Below are positions 46,729 through 53,598 of a stretch of DNA of 53,598 nucleotides, one piece after another. A model generated the notes under the pieces. The model had not been told where the DNA came from, ran no database searches, and saw only the letters and a list, made by a program, of their open reading frames with translations. How positions within the stretch are numbered: the stretch's first letter is position 1; every line of letters starts with the position of its first letter. A program made the position numbers and the translations under genes. The stretch comes from an uncultured Candidatus Saccharibacteria bacterium (GTDB lineage Bacteria > Patescibacteriota > Minisyncoccia > Phycocordibacterales > Phycocordibacteraceae). Location: the NCBI GenBank assembly GCA_964357395.1, contig CAYHLC010000001.1, forward strand, positions 1 to 53,598, read 5' to 3'.

Positions 46729-46992
46729 ATGGTCAAGGCGGTTGAGGTGCCGGGGAATGGGTGGGAGCTCGCGGGGCGGACGAGCGCAGTCGTCGGATTT
46801 TGGGTCGGCGCGCCCACGCTCGGTGTCACCGTACTCGACTTCCTTTTTGATAAGACGGAGTTTGCGTTCGACTTCGAGCTCGACTGGTGGGACTACGAGA
46901 TACCGACACTGATCGCGTGCGTCGGGCTCCTATTCTTTGCGCGCTACGCGATCGACAAGAGTTGGGATGTCAGGCGTAAGAGTAGATCATAG
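46729..46992 (+). CDS. Small orphan membrane protein, 2 TM
   Basis: TATACT-N6-ATG; TM, acidic/aromatic loop, TM, basic tail. Confidence 0.65.
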   Translation: MVKAVEVPGNGWELAGRTSAVVGFWVGAPTLGVTVLDFLFDKTEFAFDFELDWWDYEIPTLIACVGLLFFARYAIDKSWDVRRKSRS

Positions 46993-46995
46993 TAT

Positions 46996-47259
46996 ATGAG
47001 ATCGCAGCCAAAGAATGCAGAGACGCCACAGGCACTGATGCTAGAGATGGGTGGAGTCACGTTTAAGGCTCTCGCGCTTGCGGGAGCGTGGGTCGTGGTG
47101 CCAGGGATGCTGTTCTTCGACCTTGTCGACGACTTCGAAAAGGGAGTAGGCTTCTTTCCTGATTGGTGGCAAGGCGAAGTCAGCTTGGCAGTCGCTTCCT
47201 TGGCGGCGTGGTACGTGGGCAAGGCCATGCACGATAGGTCGTACTACAAAGATACCTAA
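46996..47259 (+). CDS. Small orphan membrane protein, 2 TM, similar layout to the previous gene
   Basis: 87 aa; both loops contain an FD..D/E..DWW-like motif. Confidence 0.65.
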   Translation: MRSQPKNAETPQALMLEMGGVTFKALALAGAWVVVPGMLFFDLVDDFEKGVGFFPDWWQGEVSLAVASLAAWYVGKAMHDRSYYKDT

Positions 47260-47302
47260 AGCCGCTATTTGACAAAATCACAATATAGCGTATATTAGCA
47301 AT

Positions 47303-47521
47303 ATGTCAGGCTCTCGTGCAGCTTCAGCAGAGGCACTATCACCAGCAGCGGCCAAAATCCGCTGGGGAATGCGCGTCGCTGCAGCTGGGGGAGTGGCCTT
47401 CTTCGGGTCTAGCTTTGTGGAAGGGGCCTATGAGTCGGATATGTGGGCACTGTCAGGAGTTCTTGCAGTCTGGATAATCAGTGAGATCTTGTTTGCGCAC
47501 GCCAGCCGCCGAATAAGCTAG
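47303..47521 (+). CDS. Small orphan membrane protein, 2 TM
   Basis: TTGACA(47269)-N16-TATATT-N6-ATG. Confidence 0.65.
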   Translation: MSGSRAASAEALSPAAAKIRWGMRVAAAGGVAFFGSSFVEGAYESDMWALSGVLAVWIISEILFAHASRRIS

Positions 47522-47522
47522 T

Positions 47523-47783
47523 ATGTCATCGAATGAGGCGAGAGCCTTCAGGGTCAGCCTCGCTGCGCTTGGGTTTGTTTATGCACTTGTGCCAACGCTG
47601 ATTGGCGTAATCGGCGCTTATGAGATTGTGTTCGAGCAGCCACTCTTTGGGACTGCGATGATGAGCGACGAGGGAGCTGCGTGGGCGGCAGGACTTGGGC
47701 TTAGTATCGGTATCCCTGCCATGATTGCAGCGATAGTGACCATCCTCCTCAATCCTCCGATTGATGAATCCAAATCCTCCTAG
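47523..47783 (+). CDS. Small orphan membrane protein, 2 TM
   Basis: Starts 1 nt after the previous stop; two hydrophobic helices. Confidence 0.65.
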   Translation: MSSNEARAFRVSLAALGFVYALVPTLIGVIGAYEIVFEQPLFGTAMMSDEGAAWAAGLGLSIGIPAMIAAIVTILLNPPIDESKSS

Positions 47784-47824
47784 CGCCTAGTTGACATATT
47801 GTGAGGCGAGTGTATAGTAGTCGC

Positions 47825-48049
47825 ATGTCAGATCAGTCGGGGGAGGGCCTAAAGATTATCGCCTCAGCATTCTGCGGGCTAAGCGCCTTTATTGGCACAA
47901 TTCTTTTAGGTACTGAGGGTGGGGGCTTCCTCGTAAGAGAGGAATTAGTTTCGATAAATTACACGCTCCCCATGTCAATTCTTATTGTTATTGTTAGCTT
48001 TGCAGCTGCGGGCGGGGCATACAAGGGGATGCGCCGCGCCCTAGCGTAG
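47825..48049 (+). CDS. Small orphan membrane protein, 2 TM
   Basis: TTGACA(47791)-N16-TATAGT-N6-ATG. Confidence 0.65.
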   Translation: MSDQSGEGLKIIASAFCGLSAFIGTILLGTEGGGFLVREELVSINYTLPMSILIVIVSFAAAGGAYKGMRRALA

Positions 48050-48096
48050 CTCCGGGCTCACAATTGCTTCATCTATAGGGGCGTAGGATAGACCTA

Positions 48097-48786
48097 ATGA
48101 GGCCGCTGGTGGACGCGGACCACAAACTCTTTGCCAATCGGACGGCGGCGGGCAAGGAGCTGGCCGAAAAGCTGGCGCCGTTCGTAGTGCCGGGCGCACT
48201 TGTCCTCGGACTCCCGCGCGGAGGTGTACCAATAGGGTACGAGATAGCAACTAGATACGGACTGCCGCTCGACACACTGGTCGCACGGAAGATTGGCACG
48301 CCATACAACACCGAGCTCAGCGTCGGCGCGCTTGCACCGGGCGGCGTTGTGATAGTTAACGACGCTGCGCTGTATGCGCTGCGCCTCCGTCGCTCGGAGA
48401 TAGGCCCGATAGTCGAAAAGGAGAGTATGGAGATGGAAGCGCGCATCGAGCGGTACCACTCTGGCGAGTACAGCGCGGACATGGATCCATCATTGATAAT
48501 TATCGCGGATGATGGGCTCGCAACTGGAATGACGGCACGAGCCGCGGTCGAGTCAGTGCGGAGGAAGTATGGGAAGACGAAGATCATCTTTGCCGCACCG
48601 ATTTGCTCGCGTCAGAGCTGCATGCTGCTCCGAGCTATTGCTGACGAAGTGATGGTTACGTGCGAGGTGCAGCACCTCGGCGCAATCGGGTATTGGTACC
48701 ACGACTTCACTCAGCTCACTGACGAGGAGGTGATCGGATACCTCCGTAAAGCAAACCGTGCTAGTCAGCTAAGACAACAGCGATGA
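48097..48786 (+). CDS. Phosphoribosyltransferase family protein
   Basis: LGLPRGG, RKIG, IIADDGLATGMT PRPP loop. Confidence 0.9.
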   Translation: MRPLVDADHKLFANRTAAGKELAEKLAPFVVPGALVLGLPRGGVPIGYEIATRYGLPLDTLVARKIGTPYNTELSVGALAPGGVVIVNDAALYALRLRRSEIGPIVEKESMEMEARIERYHSGEYSADMDPSLIIIADDGLATGMTARAAVESVRRKYGKTKIIFAAPICSRQSCMLLRAIADEVMVTCEVQHLGAIGYWYHDFTQLTDEEVIGYLRKANRASQLRQQR

Positions 48787-48928
48787 CGCGCCTGGTATCT
48801 GCTTCGAGCAGTGCGCGGCGCTGGTGCGTTCCAAAAGGCGCACGGCATTACCCTGCGGCTGGCTACTTTGGCGGGAAGATCAAAGCGTTTATTGTGTGGA
48901 TGAGCAGGTGATAAGAGTGTCCGCAGAT

Positions 48929-49603
48929 ATGAATACAGAGCCATGGCTTCCCTCAACACTTAATGCCCACGGGCTCGACGATAGGTCTCTATTTTGCAAT
49001 TGGCGCTGGCGACTTGGTATTGCGGGCGTATTTGTAGTGCTCCAGGTCTTGGTGGTGTTTGCCTTTCTTAATCCACCGCGCGAGTACCTATTCCTCTGGT
49101 ACTGCAATCATGTACTTATCCTCTTTGCGTTTGCAATCCTGACGCGTAACGCGCAGATGGTCAAGGGCTTGAGCTACGTCGGCATGCTGACGCAGCTCTA
49201 CTGGATACTCGACTTTACCTTTAATGTCCTGGGCCTCCGGCTCTCGGGCGCTACTGACTTTGTATTTACTGAAGGGTTTGCCTTCTCTACCGTTGTTACG
49301 GTCATTGTGCACCTCGTGACGCCGCTTGTCGCACTGCTGTTTACCATACGCATACGCCCGCAGCCGATCTCGCTGGTTTATGCCTGGGTGTACGCAGCGG
49401 GGCTCTATACGGTGACACTGTTGTTTGCGCAGCCAGCGCTCGATGTTAACTGCGTCTTTAGTGGTTGCAACCCTACCGGGTTTGGCGGGCTGTGGGACCT
49501 GTACCTCTGGCCCGCAGCGCTTATCGTATTGACTAGCATTGCCTTCGCCCTGCATCATGGTCTGCATCACCTCGATGCGGAACGAAATATTAAGGGCAGG
49601 TGA
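48929..49603 (+). CDS. Multi-pass membrane protein (start uncertain)
   Basis: About six hydrophobic segments; WYCNH and NCVF motifs. Confidence 0.7.
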   Translation: MNTEPWLPSTLNAHGLDDRSLFCNWRWRLGIAGVFVVLQVLVVFAFLNPPREYLFLWYCNHVLILFAFAILTRNAQMVKGLSYVGMLTQLYWILDFTFNVLGLRLSGATDFVFTEGFAFSTVVTVIVHLVTPLVALLFTIRIRPQPISLVYAWVYAAGLYTVTLLFAQPALDVNCVFSGCNPTGFGGLWDLYLWPAALIVLTSIAFALHHGLHHLDAERNIKGR

Positions 49604-49660
49604 GTGTAGTAGTTAGAGGAACATGAGCTCTGTTCCACTTAACCATCACCAAACAAACAT

Positions 49661-50083
49661 ATGACTACTACACAAAAACTTATTGCGATACCCGCACTCG
49701 CTGCAGTAATGCTTGCTGGTGGCGCGTATGCTGGCTATGCGACGCTCGCATCTGCTGATACCGACGCAGCTAAGCCCGCTATGGGCGAGATGCGCAAGCA
49801 CTTCGGTGGCCCAGGGGCCCCAGATGGCATGCACGGTAAGGGCCACGGCGTTATGGGCACCGTGAGCGCCATCAATGGCTCGACCATCACTGTTACTAAC
49901 CTAGATGGCACGAGCTACACCGTCGAGGCAGGAGCCGCCACCGTTCAGAAAATGGCGACCGGCAGCCTCGCAGATGTAACGGTCGGCGACCGTATTGGTG
50001 TCCACGGGACTGTCTCAGGCACCACGGTGACTGCAGAGCACATTATGGACGATCTGCCTGAGCGGCCTCAAAAGCCAGAGTAA
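49661..50083 (+). CDS. Exported protein with a DUF5666-like OB-type domain
   Basis: Signal peptide; GTVSAINGSTITV...VGDRIGVHG. Confidence 0.7.
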   Translation: MTTTQKLIAIPALAAVMLAGGAYAGYATLASADTDAAKPAMGEMRKHFGGPGAPDGMHGKGHGVMGTVSAINGSTITVTNLDGTSYTVEAGAATVQKMATGSLADVTVGDRIGVHGTVSGTTVTAEHIMDDLPERPQKPE

Positions 50084-50103
50084 GCAGAAGGCAGAAAATG
50101 CAA

Positions 50104-50123
50104 CAGCCCCGCAAGGGGCTTTT
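50104..50123 (+). terminator. Intrinsic terminator
   Basis: AGCCCC-GCAA-GGGGCT-TTT. Confidence 0.8.
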
Positions 50124-50160
50124 GTAATAAGTTAGCGCTTCACATGTACTATTAGGGGCA

Positions 50161-50712
50161 ATGGATGTTTCCGAGACAGACGAGGCCATTGCAAAAGCCG
50201 TGCAGGCAGGCGACACCGAGCGCTTCGGCACTTTGGTCGAGCGGTATGAGGCAAAGCTGAAACGTTATGGAACAAAATTCTTATCGAACAAAGACAATAT
50301 CGACGACATCGTCCAGGACGTTTTTGTCGCAGCTTTTAGTGCCATACAGAGCTTTGATATCACTCAGCGCTTCAGTCCGTGGCTCTATCGGGTCGCTCAC
50401 AATGCCTTTGTCAACGCTCTTCGAAAGGGCAAGTATAGCCCTCACTTTATTGACTTTGACACACTTGTTTCTTATGCGGTATATGAGGATCCGCACGAGC
50501 GGGAACGGGAGTTAGATGAGATGCGAGTGCTCCTCGACAAAGGGATCAGTACGCTCAGCCCCAAGTATCGCGAAGTGCTCGTCCTTCATTATTTCGAAGA
50601 TATGTCGTACAAAGATATTGCAGATATCCTTAAGGTCCCGACTGGGACCGTCGGTGTGCGACTCAAGCGCGCCAAAGAGGCACTCCGCAGGACTATCGAA
50701 CCAAAACTATGA
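50161..50712 (+). CDS. ECF-type RNA polymerase sigma factor
   Basis: DIVQDVF, FSPWLYRVAHN, SYKDIADIL.VPTGTV..RL.RA. Confidence 0.93.
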   Translation: MDVSETDEAIAKAVQAGDTERFGTLVERYEAKLKRYGTKFLSNKDNIDDIVQDVFVAAFSAIQSFDITQRFSPWLYRVAHNAFVNALRKGKYSPHFIDFDTLVSYAVYEDPHERERELDEMRVLLDKGISTLSPKYREVLVLHYFEDMSYKDIADILKVPTGTVGVRLKRAKEALRRTIEPKL

Positions 50713-51422
50713 ACATGAGCAAACCCAACATGAAAGATAAGATAGTGGCCAAGATTCGTGCAGGCACTATTGCCATGACGCCGCGCACGGTCTTTGGCAT
50801 ACAGTTGGCGGGACTTGTTGCGACCAGCGTAGCGATACTCCTCGTCACGGTGTTTATTGTTAACTTTATCTTCTTCTCTATACGCATATCGAGCCATGAG
50901 GAGCTCTTGGGCTTTGGGGGGAGCGGGATACTCGCGTTCCTATACTTCTTCCCGTGGCTACTTGCCGCTATCGATGTCGCGTTAGTGGTGTTGCTGCAGT
51001 ACCTGCTACGACAGTTTAAGTTCGGGTACCGAGTACCGGTTCTGTATATCGTTGCGGCGCTCGTAGTTGGAGCTGGGGTAGTTGGGTTTGCGTTCGACCG
51101 CGCTACACCATTTAATGATCGACTGTTCGAGCATCGGGGCGAGCTACCGCCACCATTCCACCGAATTTACGACGGTGCACGTCGGCCACTACCGCCTGGC
51201 GAGGGAGTCTGTCGCTGCACCATCCTCACCATCGACGGCAACACGCTGACTGTCGAGGATACGCGCGAGGCAACCACGACGCTCACTGTTGTTCTACCGG
51301 AGGGCAGTAGGCGCGCAACCACTACCGGGCTGTCTGTCGGCGATGTAGTGCTGATAGCTGGCACGGAGGAGGGTGGTGTCATCCAGGCCTTTGGAGTGCG
51401 GAAACTAACACCCGGTAAGTAG
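50709..51422 (+). CDS. Membrane protein, candidate anti-sigma factor
   Basis: ATGA overlap with the sigma gene; 3 TM plus a C-terminal OB-like domain. Confidence 0.65.
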   Translation: MNMSKPNMKDKIVAKIRAGTIAMTPRTVFGIQLAGLVATSVAILLVTVFIVNFIFFSIRISSHEELLGFGGSGILAFLYFFPWLLAAIDVALVVLLQYLLRQFKFGYRVPVLYIVAALVVGAGVVGFAFDRATPFNDRLFEHRGELPPPFHRIYDGARRPLPPGEGVCRCTILTIDGNTLTVEDTREATTTLTVVLPEGSRRATTTGLSVGDVVLIAGTEEGGVIQAFGVRKLTPGK

Positions 51423-51460
51423 CCTACGTAATAATTGTGAATCTGGCGCGTACTAAAGAT

Positions 51461-53191
51461 ATGCACCCATTTTTAAAACGACTCAAGCTTAACAAAATTA
51501 TCACGTGGGCTAAGGCCAACAAGGTTATCGCGGGTATCGTCGTGGTCGCCATCCTTGGCGCCGGCTACGGAGCATACGCAGCCTTCGGTGGGAGCGCCGC
51601 CGCAGTCACCTACGTCTATGGAAACGTAGATCGCGGTGACATTACGACCACGATTGACGCAACGGGGCAGGTGTCGGCCTCGAACCAGCTCGACATCATG
51701 CCTCAGGTCTCCGGCGAGGTATGGTCGGTCAATGTTACGAATGGAGCGCGCGTAGCGCAGGGCCAACTGCTTGCCGTCATCGACCCCACCGATGCACAAA
51801 AGTCAGTGCGCGACGCAGCTGCGAACCTCGAGAGCGCTGAGATCTCGCTTGAAAAGCTGCTAAAGCCCGCATCCACACTCACGCTTACCCAAGCACAAAA
51901 CGCGCTCACAAACGCTGAGGACTCGCTCACCAAGCTCTACGCAGATGCGAAGGTCGATATCACCGACACCTTTCTCGACATGCCAAGCATTATCGCGGGG
52001 CTCGAGGAGGTGCTGACTGACTCGACTGCATGCGGTGGTAGCCAAGCGAATGTGGATTGCTACAGCAACGCAGTTGATATCTATGATCCGCGTGCGTCCT
52101 CGTACCGTGATCAGGCACTCGTCGATTTTGCAGACGCTAAGAAGGCCTACGACACCGTTTTTACCAAGTACCAATCACTCGGCGCTGCCCCGAGCGACGT
52201 CGCAGTCGAGGAAGTGCTCGCGACCTCGTTTGTGGCGGTGGGCGAGGTAGCTCAGGCGGTCAAGAGTGCACACGCCTTCATACAGCTCTATGTCGACATA
52301 CGAGAGTCTCGTGGACAGACCGTGCCGACGGTCGCTACCGAGTCGCTCGCAGATCTGAATACCGATACCGTGACACTGAACGGCCATCTCTCGACGCTAC
52401 TCGCGGACACGAGCTCGTTTAAGACATCCAAGCAGAGCATCATCGAAAAGCAGCAATCCCTCGCCGATGTTACGGACGGCGCTGACACGCTTGATGTGCG
52501 GAGCGCCACGCTCTCGATCACTAAGGCGAGGGACAGTCTCGCGGATGCCGAGCGCGCCCTTGCCAAGTATTATGTACGCGCTCCATTTGCGGGCACCATT
52601 GCATCGCTCAATATTAAGAAGTATGACCGTGCAGGTAGTAGCAAGATCGCAACGCTGATTACGGACGCAAAGACCGCCGAGCTCTCGCTGAACGAGGTTG
52701 ATGTCGCCAAGGTGCAGGTAGGGGACAAGGCGGCGCTCACCTTCGATGCGGTGGAGGATGCAACACTCGAGGGCACTGTAGCAGAGGTAGACTCGATCGG
52801 TACTGTCACGCAGGGTGTCGTTAGTTACCAGATCAAGATTGCATTCGATACAGGGGAGTACACTATTCGCCCAAGTATGACTGTCAACGCCTCTATCATC
52901 GTCGAGTCGAAGCAGGGTGTGTTAGTTGTTCCAGCGAGCGCCGTGAAGGAGCAAAACGGAGAGTCGTACGTCGAGGCGATGCGAGAGGGCCGACTTACGC
53001 GCGTCCCCGTTGAGGTTGGTATTACTGATGATATACGTGTCGAGATAGTCGCGGGCCTGAACGAGGGGGACGAGATAGTAGTTCGCACCACTACCGGTAC
53101 CGCTGCCGAGACGACCACAACTGCCGCCCCTCGCGTGGGCGGTGGAGGAGGGGGCGGAGGTGGGGGTGGGCCACAGTTCCGCGGCATATGA
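51461..53191 (+). CDS. Efflux periplasmic adaptor (MacA/YknX-like MFP)
   Basis: N-terminal TM, PQVSG lipoyl-like motif, long coiled coil, RAPFAG, Gly-rich tail. Confidence 0.9.
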   Translation: MHPFLKRLKLNKIITWAKANKVIAGIVVVAILGAGYGAYAAFGGSAAAVTYVYGNVDRGDITTTIDATGQVSASNQLDIMPQVSGEVWSVNVTNGARVAQGQLLAVIDPTDAQKSVRDAAANLESAEISLEKLLKPASTLTLTQAQNALTNAEDSLTKLYADAKVDITDTFLDMPSIIAGLEEVLTDSTACGGSQANVDCYSNAVDIYDPRASSYRDQALVDFADAKKAYDTVFTKYQSLGAAPSDVAVEEVLATSFVAVGEVAQAVKSAHAFIQLYVDIRESRGQTVPTVATESLADLNTDTVTLNGHLSTLLADTSSFKTSKQSIIEKQQSLADVTDGADTLDVRSATLSITKARDSLADAERALAKYYVRAPFAGTIASLNIKKYDRAGSSKIATLITDAKTAELSLNEVDVAKVQVGDKAALTFDAVEDATLEGTVAEVDSIGTVTQGVVSYQIKIAFDTGEYTIRPSMTVNASIIVESKQGVLVVPASAVKEQNGESYVEAMREGRLTRVPVEVGITDDIRVEIVAGLNEGDEIVVRTTTGTAAETTTTAAPRVGGGGGGGGGGGPQFRGI

Positions 53192-53598
53192 TCATCGTTG
53201 AGAATGTCACCAAGACCTATGGCACGGGCGAAAATACCTTTCAGGCGCTGAAGGGTGTCTCATTTACTATCGATGATGGTGAGTTCATAGCCATCATGGG
53301 TCCGTCGGGCTCGGGCAAGTCGACACTGATGCACATACTCGGCTGTCTTGATACACCCACTACCGGTACCTATCACCTGAACGGTAAGGATGTGTCGGAG
53401 CTCGATGATGATGAGCTCGCATCCATACGCAATCTCAATATCGGGTTTGTCTTCCAATCGTTCAACCTGCTGCCGCGCACCACGGTGCTTCGTAATGTCA
53501 TGCTGCCGCTCATGTATGCCGGTGTAGCAGAGGACGAGCGAGACCGTCGCGCACGAGAGGCGCTCGGCGCTGCGGGCCTGACTGATACCCACTTTAAT
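53188..53598 (+). CDS. ABC transporter ATP-binding protein (MacB/LolD type), 3' end truncated
   Basis: [11 protein letters not shown]...GPSGSGKST...[11 protein letters not shown]. Confidence 0.95.
   Translation, partial: MIIVENVTKTYGTGENTFQALKGVSFTIDDGEFIAIMGPSGSGKSTLMHILGCLDTPTTGTYHLNGKDVSELDDDELASIRNLNIGFVFQSFNLLPRTTVLRNVMLPLMYAGVAEDERDRRAREALGAAGLTDTHFN

Noticed and set aside
53135-53172. G-rich simple repeat as a phase-variation or G4 element
   Set aside because: It encodes the poly-Gly tail common in MFP proteins, using mixed codons.

Overview
Chromosomal segment of a Patescibacteria (CPR) bacterium, probably Parcubacteria. This is inferred from the missing rpmD/L30 between rpsE and rplO, the absence of clear Shine-Dalgarno motifs, a typical CPR VirD4/TraD-like ATPase and a tRNA-Ile(UAU). 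TGA is used as stop. The window holds fusA-tuf and the S10/spc ribosomal cluster through secY-gmk-adk-map. That cluster is broken three times: by small orphan genes after fusA and after rplE, and by a Y1/RAYT-type transposase between rplB and rpsS, each time with a restart sigma70 promoter. Further along are a likely 6S RNA, a beta-CASP nuclease, infC-rpmI-rplT, a six-gene Hyf/Ehr-type membrane complex, tmRNA-smpB, patatin, two GtrA genes, ftsH, recG, tRNA-Ile(UAU), tRNA-Ser(GCU) and an ECF sigma/anti-sigma/MFP/ABC module. The most notable observations are: (1) an intact tRNA-Ile(UAU) nested inside a second tRNA-Ile(UAU) that is split into three pieces by two TA-flanked structured inserts; (2) an Ehr complex whose NuoB-like subunit has lost all four Fe-S cysteines; (3) about 20 small orphan, mostly membrane-protein genes, many with their own leaderless promoter; (4) sense/antisense copies of the tRNA-Ser and tmRNA 3' ends; (5) an unassigned rod-shaped RNA with its own promoter; (6) REP-like palindromes inside recG and the 6S RNA. 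All calls come from reading the sequence by eye; no searches were run.
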